From Elusimicrobiota bacterium (GTDB lineage: Bacteria > Elusimicrobiota > Elusimicrobia > UBA1565 > UBA9628): DNA of 64,000 bases. A program made the position numbers and the translations under genes. Shown in pieces: positions 52,117-60,254 of this stretch. The stretch's first letter is position 1; each line of letters begins with the position of its first letter. The notes beneath the pieces were generated by a model. The model was given only the letters and a program-made list of their open reading frames with translations. It searched no databases and was not told the origin of the DNA. Location of the stretch: contig JAPLKL010000018.1 in assembly GCA_026388095.1 (NCBI GenBank), positions 38,388 through 102,387 of the forward strand, read 5' to 3'.

Positions 52117-53246
52117 TCCTGCGGCGCCGCGGTCTTGAGCCGGAAAGAGAAGGTGGCGCCCTGGCCCGGCTCGCTCTGCACCCAGATCATCGTGCCGTGG
52201 ATGTTGGCGATCTCCCGGGCGATGGCCAGCCCGAGCCCGGTGCCCTGCTCGTGCACCGCCACGGCCGAGTTGGCCCTGAAGTACTCGTCGAAGATCTTGC
52301 CGATCAGATGCTTCTCGATGCCGATGCCGTGGTCCTGGACGGATATGTCCACTTGGCCCGAATCGGTCGCGGCCGCGGCCGCGACCCGGATCTCGGAGCC
52401 GTCCGGAGAATAGTGGATGGCGTTCTCGAGCAAGGTCGAGAGCAGGATCAAAATCTGGTTGCGGTTGCAGCTCACCCCCACCGGCGGCAGGGGCGCCACG
52501 GCGATCCGGATCTTCCGGCTGGCGGCCAGGTCCGTGAAGTGCCGGACGGCCGAGGAGATGATGCCCTCCAGCGGGGCCTCCTCCATCTTGATGTTCTCCC
52601 GGACCACGGACTTGAGATTCGCCAATTCCAGCATCTCCTTGATGGCCTCGCTGAGCAGCATGCAGCGCTGCTGCATCTTCAAGACGATCTCCCGGGTGCG
52701 GGGCTCGATGCGGCCCACGTAGCCTTCGAGGATCAGGTCGATGTAGCTTTGGATGGCGGCGAAGGGCGCCTTGAGCTGATGGGTGGAGTGCATCAGATAG
52801 CGCGTCTTCTCGTTGTTGATCTGCTGGAGCGTCGCGTTGGCCTGCGCCAATTCCCGCGTGCGCTCCTGCACGCGGCGGTCCAATTCCAGGTTGTAGGCGC
52901 TCAGCGTGTCGGAGACGCCTTGCTGGAGGTCGAGGAGGTGGAAGATGATCTTCGCGTCCTCGGAGCCGATCACCCGCGCGTGCGGATGCTTCAAGGCCAG
53001 GATCCTGTCGTAGACCGCCTGGCTCCCGGTGGCCTCGAAGATCAGGCCCACCTTCTCGTCCCGGCAGACCGCCTCCAGGTCCTGGTCCTGCGCGATGCCG
53101 TGCTCCCGCGCGGCCTTCATGCCCGGGGCGTCGGGGTCGACGTCGCAGACGTGCCGGATGACGATGTCCGGCATCTTGAGCAAGGTCTCCAGGATGGCGG
53201 TCCCGCCTTTGCCGGCGCCCACCACGGCGATCACATCCTTCTTCAT
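52113..53246 (-). CDS. cytoplasmic histidine kinase with an N-terminal Rossmann-like domain
   Basis: MKKDVIAVVGAGKGGTAILETLL (GxGxxG), coiled coil, H-box HSTHQLKAPF, and N/G boxes (LLENAIHYSP, DHGIGI, GTGLGLAI). Alternative start at 53276. Confidence 0.8.
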   Translation of the reverse strand: MKKDVIAVVGAGKGGTAILETLLKMPDIVIRHVCDVDPDAPGMKAAREHGIAQDQDLEAVCRDEKVGLIFEATGSQAVYDRILALKHPHARVIGSEDAKIIFHLLDLQQGVSDTLSAYNLELDRRVQERTRELAQANATLQQINNEKTRYLMHSTHQLKAPFAAIQSYIDLILEGYVGRIEPRTREIVLKMQQRCMLLSEAIKEMLELANLKSVVRENIKMEEAPLEGIISSAVRHFTDLAASRKIRIAVAPLPPVGVSCNRNQILILLSTLLENAIHYSPDGSEIRVAAAAATDSGQVDISVQDHGIGIEKHLIGKIFDEYFRANSAVAVHEQGTGLGLAIAREIANIHGTMIWVQSEPGQGATFSFRLKTAAPQE

Positions 53247-53336
53247 GGCGCGATGTCCCTCCGAAAAAGCTACCATAAATACCGAAAAATTGCACAATAT
53301 TCCTTGCCGGCCGGGGCATAAGCCGGCGGAGGGCTC

Positions 53337-53750
53337 ATGAAAAAGATCTACATCGTGGATGACGACCGGAACATCGTCGAATCCATACGCATCGTCCTGG
53401 AGGCTCACGGCTACGCGGTGGCGGCCCAATACGACGAGAAGGACGTGGTCGCCAACCTCGCCGCCCAGAAGGCCGACGCCGTGATCCTCGACGTCATGTT
53501 CCCCGAGAACCCCGACGCCGGCTTCGAGATCGCCCGCCAGCTCCGCGGCGACCAGCGCACCGCGAAGGTCCCCATCCTCATGCTCTCGGCCATCAACGAG
53601 AAAGGCGTCTACGCCGGCACGTTCTCCAACAAGGACCGCGACGACTCCTGGCTGCCCATCAACCAATTCATCGAGAAGCCGATCAAGCCCAAGCAGTTGC
53701 TGCAGATCCTGGAGGCGGCCCTGAAGGGGACGCCGCAGCCGAAGGCTTGA
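53337..53750 (+). CDS. single-domain response regulator (CheY-like receiver)
   Basis: KIYIVDDD...AVILDVMFP...ILMLSA...EKPI. Divergent from the kinase gene. Confidence 0.85.
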   Translation: MKKIYIVDDDRNIVESIRIVLEAHGYAVAAQYDEKDVVANLAAQKADAVILDVMFPENPDAGFEIARQLRGDQRTAKVPILMLSAINEKGVYAGTFSNKDRDDSWLPINQFIEKPIKPKQLLQILEAALKGTPQPKA

Positions 53751-53781
53751 GCCGCCGGGCGGCCTGGAGCGGTCGGGCCCC

Positions 53782-54339
53782 ATGAGCGACCCGCAGCGCA
53801 CGCGCCGCCGGGTCCTGGCGCTCCTGTTCCTGGTCCTGCCCTTCTGCATCATCTACCTGACCGGCCTGCCCCGCGCCGTCAGCCGGGCGGTCGCGATCGG
53901 CTGCTACGTCGTCCTGGTCCCGCTGATCGCTCTTTGGTCCGGCTTGGACACGCGCACCAGCGTCTTCGGGTCCGACAGCAGGCTCAACGAACCGCAATAC
54001 GCCGGCACCGCCAAGGTCCTCGGGTTCCTCGTCCGCCTCATCTGCGTCGGCTTCGGCATCATCTTCGGCTGGCACTTCACGGCGCCGTTCAGCGGCGGCA
54101 TCTACGACTGGTGGCGCGGCGACAAGCCCGTCGCTGTCCGCGGTCCGATCCAGCGCAACCCGAGCCGCGAGGACCTGGCGCCTTTGATCCAATACATGAC
54201 GTTGGGCCCGGACCACTACTACCTGATGTTCTCCATCGAGCCTTGCCTGAAGCCCGGCGTGGAAGTCGAGATGCTCGTCCTGCGGCGCTCCCGACTCGTG
54301 CTGGAGTGCAAGCCCCTGGCGCGGGAGGCGCAGAGATGA
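53782..54339 (+). CDS. hypothetical membrane protein
   Basis: Three to four hydrophobic helices. No family recognised. Confidence 0.5.
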   Translation: MSDPQRTRRRVLALLFLVLPFCIIYLTGLPRAVSRAVAIGCYVVLVPLIALWSGLDTRTSVFGSDSRLNEPQYAGTAKVLGFLVRLICVGFGIIFGWHFTAPFSGGIYDWWRGDKPVAVRGPIQRNPSREDLAPLIQYMTLGPDHYYLMFSIEPCLKPGVEVEMLVLRRSRLVLECKPLAREAQR

Positions 54340-54872
54340 ATCGGCCGCTGACTGCGATCGTGCTCTGGGTCTGGGCGGGCTCGGCCTCTGCGGGGCAGGG
54401 TGAGCTGGCCGAGACGGTCGCGTGGTTCAAGGCTTCGGTGCCGGCCGCGCGCAAGGTCGTGGCGCCGCCCGCCAATGCCGCAGCGCTGTCCAGCGCCGCG
54501 CGGGTGGCGGTCAAAGTCTACGATGAACATCTGCCCGCGGCCTACCGCAAGGCGATCGCTAACAGCGCCCGGCCCGCCTGGAACGAGATGAATGCCTGGT
54601 ATAGGATGGCATCTCAGGAAGTCATGCTGATGGCCAAGGAGGCCGAACGGCTGAGCCAGGCCTGCAAGACGCTCGACGACAGGACGCAGGCCGGCGCGGC
54701 CGCCCAAGCCGCCCTGGAATCCGCCCGAGGCTTCCTGAGATTCATCGACGAGACCCCCTGGCCTGAGCCCCTACGCCCGCCGATGACCCACGAGGTGCGC
54801 GCGGCCCAGGTCCGGGCCATCGAGCGCTGGCGGGCGCTGGCGGACTGCTGCGCGCCGAAGCCGTCCCGGTAA
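54336..54872 (+). CDS. hypothetical secreted protein
   Basis: ATGA overlap with the preceding gene. Signal-like MNRPLTAIVLWVWAGSASA. No family recognised. Confidence 0.5.
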   Translation: MNRPLTAIVLWVWAGSASAGQGELAETVAWFKASVPAARKVVAPPANAAALSSAARVAVKVYDEHLPAAYRKAIANSARPAWNEMNAWYRMASQEVMLMAKEAERLSQACKTLDDRTQAGAAAQAALESARGFLRFIDETPWPEPLRPPMTHEVRAAQVRAIERWRALADCCAPKPSR

Positions 54873-54879
54873 AGCCTGA

Positions 54880-55563
54880 TCAAAGAACACCGCTCATCAG
54901 ATCCACGGGTTCGACAGCGACATGCTCCAGCAGTCTGTCAGACGCGATGTGGCAGCAATACCCCTCATCGATCAGCAGCTTCTTTATGAACCATGTCGTC
55001 CCATAGAGGAGCGCCGCACCCTCCTTGATGACCACTTGTTCCAAAGGCGCCAAGAGACCTTTCCCATAGCCCTTCAGAACGGCCTCTTTCTGGGTCCAGC
55101 AATCGAAAAAAAAGCCGCTGGCATGATCGGCATCATATTTCTCGCGCAGATTCGCGACCTCAGGGAGGTATCGCGAAAAAGCCCCTATATCGACAGCACG
55201 GATCTTCTCGATATCTATCCCGACCGCTCCACTGCGGGTCACTGCCAAGACCACCATTCCCCCCGAATGGGAAATACTGAATTCCGGCCCTCCCGGGATG
55301 CACGGCTTGCCATATCGGGTGACTCCCAGCGATCGCCATTTTTGCATCCCCGCATCAGGAAAGCCCATCCGCAAGGCCCTCAACAGAAGCAATCTGCCAA
55401 AAAGGGCCGCCTGCCTGTCTTGCCAACGCTTGTAGCGCAGGATCGAGGCACGGGCCCCGGGGGGCATCATGGCAAGATACTCATGCTCAAGACTGCAGGA
55501 AACAGCGCTCCCAGAACGGGCCGAATATATCTGCGCGCTATTCCCAAGTAAAGGCTTCGTCAC
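54880..55563 (-). CDS. 4'-phosphopantetheinyl transferase (Sfp type)
   Basis: GKPCIPGGPEFSISHSG, GIDIE and WTQKEAVLKGYGKGL motifs. No carrier-protein gene in the window. Confidence 0.8.
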   Translation of the reverse strand: MTKPLLGNSAQIYSARSGSAVSCSLEHEYLAMMPPGARASILRYKRWQDRQAALFGRLLLLRALRMGFPDAGMQKWRSLGVTRYGKPCIPGGPEFSISHSGGMVVLAVTRSGAVGIDIEKIRAVDIGAFSRYLPEVANLREKYDADHASGFFFDCWTQKEAVLKGYGKGLLAPLEQVVIKEGAALLYGTTWFIKKLLIDEGYCCHIASDRLLEHVAVEPVDLMSGVL

Positions 55564-55747
55564 TGTCTAAGCGGGCCGGTCGAGGCTCTTCGTCGTCGAG
55601 GTCCTGTCTGCATCCATGCTGGCCTTAAGTATCACAGACATCTCCGCTCTTGTCAAGGCGATGACGCCTGGAGTCATGCCGCTCCGCCTTCGCCGGTTGT
55701 CCCCCTCCGAAGAAAAATGTAGAATCTACCGTCGCTAATCCGCTACC

Positions 55748-55788
55748 GGTTGGGTGGCTGAGCGGTCAAAAGCAACGGTCTGTAAAAC
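55748..55788 (+). repeat. 41-nt exact copy of the 5' half of tRNA-Tyr (acceptor stem through anticodon loop); putative att remnant
   Basis: GGTTGGGTGGCTGAGCGGTCAAAAGCAACGGTCTGTAAAAC is identical to 63199-63239. Identity ends 2 nt after the anticodon loop. Confidence 0.85.
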
Positions 55789-55981
55789 TCCCTGGCCAGA
55801 TTTCCCCAATCACGTTTTTCCCTTTCTAAATCCTGTATTTTTCAACAACAGGTCAGTGAGGCTCAGTCCCCAAAAGGTGTGCCAATTGGTGTCAAAAGGG
55901 GCCAATGTGGACGCAGAGTGGACACTTTTTGGACACCAGTCCTCCCCGTAGACCGCGTCCGCATTCGTCATCATATGCCGC

Positions 55982-56380
55982 ATGTGGGAAGCGTATCGCG
56001 AGGTGGTCCAGCAGTATCCAAGGCTGCCTCTGGCCGCGGAGCGGCGGCTAATCGCCCTGGCCCAAAGAGGCGTAAAGGCGAGCCAAGATGAACTCGTCTT
56101 GCGGCATGTCGGCTTCGTGATTTGGCGGCTCTGCAAAAAGGTCTTCCGCCCGCACCTGCAGCGCCATGGAGAGGACATGCTCTCTGCGGCGATCCCGTTG
56201 CTGTATCAGAAGGTCTGGACCTACAACCTGAATTACCGGGACAGAGACGGGAACAAAAGGCCTGTCCGATTTTCGTCCTACATCTGGAAGCGCATTGATG
56301 GATTCGCTATTGATTTCTTGAGGAGCGAGAAGAGAACAGCAGTGCTCAATGAGGCGTGTCTTGCCGATGAATCCCGTTGA
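55982..56380 (+). CDS. sigma-70 region-2-only protein (no region 4)
   Basis: LAAERRLIALAQRG...ELVLRHVGFVIWRLCKKV...DMLSAAIPLLYQKV...FSSYIWKRIDGFAIDFLR parallels sigma regions 1.2 to 2.4. Paralogue at 59064. Confidence 0.6.
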   Translation: MWEAYREVVQQYPRLPLAAERRLIALAQRGVKASQDELVLRHVGFVIWRLCKKVFRPHLQRHGEDMLSAAIPLLYQKVWTYNLNYRDRDGNKRPVRFSSYIWKRIDGFAIDFLRSEKRTAVLNEACLADESR

Positions 56381-56464
56381 TTTCAGGGTTCTTCCGCCCG
56401 GCGAGGACCTTGAGCCTTGAACTGACAGACCAGAGCGCCTGTCATCTCTGCCGATGCCATTGAG

Positions 56465-57055
56465 TTATTTCCCCCCCATCTCGGAATCCGATCCCGGCAT
56501 GCACCCCCCATCGTGGTGCGCGGCATTGTCCGCCAGCCGGTTGAGCTTCACGCCGCAATGGCGGCATTCGTACTCCGGTGCGGACTGCTCAGCAGCAGCG
56601 AGTTCCTCGATGGTCCGCGGCGTGAAGTCCCACACGTCCACTCCAACGTTGATGATCCACCCGAGTCGCAGCCACTTCTCATGGACGTGTCCACATAGGA
56701 GCTTTTGCTGAGTCCGCATCGGCTTGTGCTGAAGCAGCCAGCCGTTCCATTCGAGATTTTGGTGAACCTCGCTGAAGCCCGCTTCGAGCATGCGCTGCGG
56801 GCTGCGATCATGGCTGCCGATTATGAGGACCTTCCTGGCTCCGTTGAGTCGGCCGACGATAGCTGACCAGTCTGAAGGCCTTCCCATGGCAAAATCGCCC
56901 AGGTGATAGACCGCGTCCTCCGGCCTGACCACGGCGTTCCATCGGGCGATCATCTCTCGGTCCATCTCCTCCGCGGAACTGAAGGGCCGCCCGCAGTACT
57001 TGATGATGTTGGCGTGGTTGAAGTGCGTGTCGCTGGTGAAGAAGACCTTGGCCAT
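56465..57055 (-). CDS. calcineurin-like metallophosphoesterase with a C-terminal Cys/His tail
   Basis: SDTHFNH, GDF, GSHD and GHVH motifs. Tail CRHCGVKLN...HHDGGC. Lies 9 nt downstream of abiEii. Confidence 0.8.
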   Translation of the reverse strand: MAKVFFTSDTHFNHANIIKYCGRPFSSAEEMDREMIARWNAVVRPEDAVYHLGDFAMGRPSDWSAIVGRLNGARKVLIIGSHDRSPQRMLEAGFSEVHQNLEWNGWLLQHKPMRTQQKLLCGHVHEKWLRLGWIINVGVDVWDFTPRTIEELAAAEQSAPEYECRHCGVKLNRLADNAAHHDGGCMPGSDSEMGGK

Positions 57056-57064
57056 GTGCGTCGC

Positions 57065-57973
57065 CTATAACCCCAACTTGCTCTTGAGTTCGAACAGTTG
57101 GTCCCGGTGCTTCGTCTTATTCATCTTCCGGATATTCTGCAGCTTCCATTGGATGGCCGGCATGTTTTCGATGCCCGGCAGACCCATAAGATCCCAGTCC
57201 GGCTGGCCTTCCTTGATCGAGACAAGGAATTTCCTCTCCGCGTCCGTGAGGTCGGCCCGCAAACGGACGATAAGCCTTTCACGGGTTTCAACCAACTCCT
57301 CGTACGTCACGGGCTCATCCGTCATTCCAAGGAACTCCGAATCATAGACGGCTCTCATGTCCTTGCGACTGGGATCGATGAGCTCGTGCATGGGGCGGTC
57401 GTGGCTCGCCAGGTAGACCACGAAGCCCTTCCTGATTCCCGCTGTGAGCCCTTCTCCGGCCAAGAGGAGCTTGACGTCGAAGAGGTCCCTCGGGTGCTGC
57501 CTGTCCAAAGCGGCGCAAATCTTTCCCCCATACAGGTCGGAGTCCGCCGCTATCCGGGCGAGAACCGCAAGGCCGAACTTGTTCTCGACCTTCGCCGACA
57601 GCGCACGCTCGACCGGGGGTTCGATGGTCCCCCGGATCACCGTGTTGGGTTCGATCTTGACTTGCGCGCCGTCACCCCGCACGACCAGCTTGAACAAATG
57701 GCCGGCGCTCAGGCTCTCATGGATCGCGGCGCCCGGGATGGCCTTGCCGATGCCCGCTTTGATTCTCTGGAGGGCCTCCCCGATTCCGCCGAGAGCTTCA
57801 TCTCGCGGGCTGATCGGCACATAGGTCAGATCGATGTCCACCGAGATCCGCGGCATGTCGCGCCGGAAGAAATTGATCGCGCTGCCGCCTTTGAGCGCGA
57901 AGCATGTCTCCTTGGCCACGTGCGGGAGGATGCGCAGCATCAGCCGCGCCTGTTCAAGGTACGGACTTTTCAT
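57065..57973 (-). CDS. AbiEii/DUF1814 nucleotidyltransferase toxin (type IV TA)
   Basis: FALKGGSAINFF...RISVDIDLTY NTase core. ATGA overlap with the upstream antitoxin gene. Confidence 0.8.
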   Translation of the reverse strand: MKSPYLEQARLMLRILPHVAKETCFALKGGSAINFFRRDMPRISVDIDLTYVPISPRDEALGGIGEALQRIKAGIGKAIPGAAIHESLSAGHLFKLVVRGDGAQVKIEPNTVIRGTIEPPVERALSAKVENKFGLAVLARIAADSDLYGGKICAALDRQHPRDLFDVKLLLAGEGLTAGIRKGFVVYLASHDRPMHELIDPSRKDMRAVYDSEFLGMTDEPVTYEELVETRERLIVRLRADLTDAERKFLVSIKEGQPDWDLMGLPGIENMPAIQWKLQNIRKMNKTKHRDQLFELKSKLGL

Positions 57974-58764
57974 GTCGCAGTCCTCTCCTGTTCGCGGCGC
58001 CGGAACGGCACGGTTATCAGGTACTTCGGGTCCAAGTGGCCGTGCTTAGCGAGCATACGCTTGCCTTTCCCCAGGTTGACTCTCTTGAGGTCGAGCTTAG
58101 CCGCCCAGGAATGCTCGCACAACTCGGCCAACAGGAGGAAGAGCCGCTTCGCCTTCACCGAGCGGCAGGCTTCCAACAATCCCTGCACCAACTGGGGCCT
58201 CAATGTGGTCAGGCCTTCCATCAAGAGCTTCGCCTCGTCGAATGACTCCTCCCGAGGCACCTGGTCGAGGAACTCGAGTATGGCCCGCTCCGGAGCGGAC
58301 AGCAGTATCGAGTAGCCGCTCATGTCCTTGGGAGTCAATCCTTCTTCCGGGCCGTTTTGGAACAGGTTCGTCGCGGTATGCCGGACTTTGACACCCCAAT
58401 CGCGCCTCGCAAACCACGCCGGAAGCCTTCGCCTGGGCGGGCCAAAGAGAGAAACGACCTCTCCCTGGCCCACGGGCAGATAGTGGCCATATCCTTGAAG
58501 CTGCAATGCCGTCTTGCCTCCGCCGTGGATGGGCAGGCCGAGTTGCTTCTGCACCGCATAAAGAGCGCCGGTCCACTCCACGCTTTCGTTGAGCCGCGCG
58601 TAGGCACCGCGGCCTATGCGGCGAAGCCAATGAGAGCGGCAGTAGCGATCCGCCAGTTGCCGCGATATCCCCTGTTTCTCAAGCCATGATTGAACGGCTA
58701 CAGCCCCCTTGGGCCATGTACTGAGCAGCTCTGGAAGTTTGCCGTGCTTTTCTGGATTTTTCAT
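57970..58764 (-). CDS. AbiEi-family antitoxin / transcriptional regulator
   Basis: N-terminal wHTH-like segment (VAVQSWLEKQGISRQLADRYCRSHWLRRIGRGAY). The size and position upstream of AbiEii are typical. Confidence 0.7.
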   Translation of the reverse strand: MKNPEKHGKLPELLSTWPKGAVAVQSWLEKQGISRQLADRYCRSHWLRRIGRGAYARLNESVEWTGALYAVQKQLGLPIHGGGKTALQLQGYGHYLPVGQGEVVSLFGPPRRRLPAWFARRDWGVKVRHTATNLFQNGPEEGLTPKDMSGYSILLSAPERAILEFLDQVPREESFDEAKLLMEGLTTLRPQLVQGLLEACRSVKAKRLFLLLAELCEHSWAAKLDLKRVNLGKGKRMLAKHGHLDPKYLITVPFRRREQERTAT

Positions 58765-58789
58765 GGTTAGTTTATATTTGGTCTATTGC

Positions 58790-58880
58790 GACAATCCAAG
58801 ATATACAAATAGCATTAAATGTAAACCTGCTCGATAGATTTAGTTTATTAAGAACATCATTTGACAATCCAAGATTGTCA
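58790..58880. promoter_or_regulatory. repeated GACAATCCAAGAT boxes in the abiEi promoter region (candidate operators)
   Basis: Box 1 at 58790-58802. Box 2 at 58863-58875 lies inside the perfect palindrome TGACAAT-CCAAG-ATTGTCA (58862-58880). On the minus strand TTGGAT, a 17-nt spacer and TATAAA precede the ATG at 58764. Confidence 0.4.
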
Positions 58881-59063
58881 TAAAGAGATATTATTAAACT
58901 TAGCAGATGATTATGAATCTGTCAAGAGCGCGGTCTTGCTCGATTGCGGACGGCGTCCCCGTCTGCGTCGAGTTCCCTTTATGCCGACCAGGCCGGAATG
59001 ACTTTGGCGCCGTCCGGGATGATCGCCAGGTGGCCGTGAAGCAGGCGAGCTGCTCGCTCGTAT

Positions 59064-59414
59064 TTGCTCAATAGATGGTCGGAGCCGGGCTTCTCCAGTT
59101 TGGAGATGTACCTCTGTTTGACGCATAGCTTGGCTGTTGACGGCTTCGTCATCTGGCGGCTCTGCGAGAGGGTCTTCCACCCACACCTGGAGCGCCATGG
59201 AGAAGACATGCTCTCGGCGACCATCCCGGTGCTCTATCAGAAGGTCGGGACCTACAACCTGAACTATCGGGACAGGGCCGGAAACAAACGGCCCGTCAGG
59301 TTCTCTTCCTATGTTTGGAAACGGATCGATGGGCTCGCTATCGATTTTCTGAGGCATGAGAGCCGCATGAGAGGACGGCTCAAAGAAGATTGCCTGGCCG
59401 ACAACGACGATTAG
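59064..59414 (+). CDS. sigma-70 region-2-only protein, second copy; N terminus diverged or truncated
   Basis: About 90 aa align with the 55982 gene (GFVIWRLCERVFHPHLERHGEDMLSATIPVLYQKVGTYNLNYRDRAGNKRPVRFSSYVWKRIDGLAIDFLR). Most nucleotide differences are synonymous. The start codon is uncertain (TTG at 59064 or ATG at 59106). Confidence 0.5.
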   Translation: MLNRWSEPGFSSLEMYLCLTHSLAVDGFVIWRLCERVFHPHLERHGEDMLSATIPVLYQKVGTYNLNYRDRAGNKRPVRFSSYVWKRIDGLAIDFLRHESRMRGRLKEDCLADNDD

Positions 59415-59417
59415 GGC

Positions 59418-60254
59418 TTATGCGGCTCGGGCTCGCTCGTATCCTCTTGCGAAGGCCTTAAGGAGTTCGAGCGTCGCTGCTCTCTTCTTCTTGTCCGCAT
59501 CCTCATCGAGCCCCCGGCCCGCCGCCGCGTCCATGAACGGTGAGTAGAGGTCTTGCGATTCTTTGAGGAACTTGCTGACTGCCTCCCCAGCCTCCTTGGA
59601 AGCCAGTTGCCCGACCTCTAGACCGAGCAGCGCAGCCCCAGCAGCCGCATAGTCGATGGCCTCGCCGCCCAGCCTGGCCGCGGCATCGAAGCGCCGCGGG
59701 TCTTCGGCCCCTGAGGCATAGTGCTCAAGCCAGTAGCAGATATCGACCGCGTCGTTGCGGTAGCGGACATCCTGTCGTTCTCGACGGTCTAGGAAGGCGA
59801 TGATTTTGAGCAGCATGAAGCCTGGGACCGAGATGATGGGCACCACCGGGGCTCCCTTCCTCACCTTGGCGCTGGCCGCCTCGCAGACTTCCTTGAAGCC
59901 GATGACGTTCATCTCGAATTCCGAGTCAGGCCAGCGGAACTTGCCGGCAGGAGCAACCCCTTCCCCATACGGTATGAGGTCCACCATGACCTCGCCCCTG
60001 AACAGCCGGTGCTCTATCTTGGGATGCCGCTCGAAATCCTTGGCGATGAGAGCGGCGCGGATCTTGCGGAAGGATTCCCAGTCTGGGACAGGCAAGGCGA
60101 AGTCAGCGTCGTTGGTCCTTCGAAATGCCGGGAAGTCGGCGCCGACTTCAGGACTTAGCTCCGAGATGAGCGCGCCGATAAGGACGCTTTTGACCCCAAG
60201 GCCTTCAGCGGTCTGATGGACATCCAGGACGGCCTTCTTGAGCTTGCTATCCAA
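59418..60254 (-). CDS. nucleotidyltransferase-fold protein (AbiEii-like toxin candidate)
   Basis: KSVLIGALISEL...FRRTNDADFALPV resembles an hG[GS]...DxD NTase core. Overlaps the upstream regulator-like gene by 8 nt. Confidence 0.45.
   Translation of the reverse strand: MDSKLKKAVLDVHQTAEGLGVKSVLIGALISELSPEVGADFPAFRRTNDADFALPVPDWESFRKIRAALIAKDFERHPKIEHRLFRGEVMVDLIPYGEGVAPAGKFRWPDSEFEMNVIGFKEVCEAASAKVRKGAPVVPIISVPGFMLLKIIAFLDRRERQDVRYRNDAVDICYWLEHYASGAEDPRRFDAAARLGGEAIDYAAAGAALLGLEVGQLASKEAGEAVSKFLKESQDLYSPFMDAAAGRGLDEDADKKKRAATLELLKAFARGYERARAA

Noticed and set aside
55754-55951. 65-aa plus-strand ORF (MAERSKATVCKT...)
   Set aside because: It starts inside the tRNA-Tyr fragment. The ORF arises by chance from the tRNA remnant and the att-proximal repeat boxes.
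58911-59357. 148-aa minus-strand ORF overlapping the second sigma2-like gene
   Set aside because: Comparing the two sigma2-like DNA copies shows differences concentrated at third-codon positions of the plus-strand frame. The plus frame is therefore the selected one.
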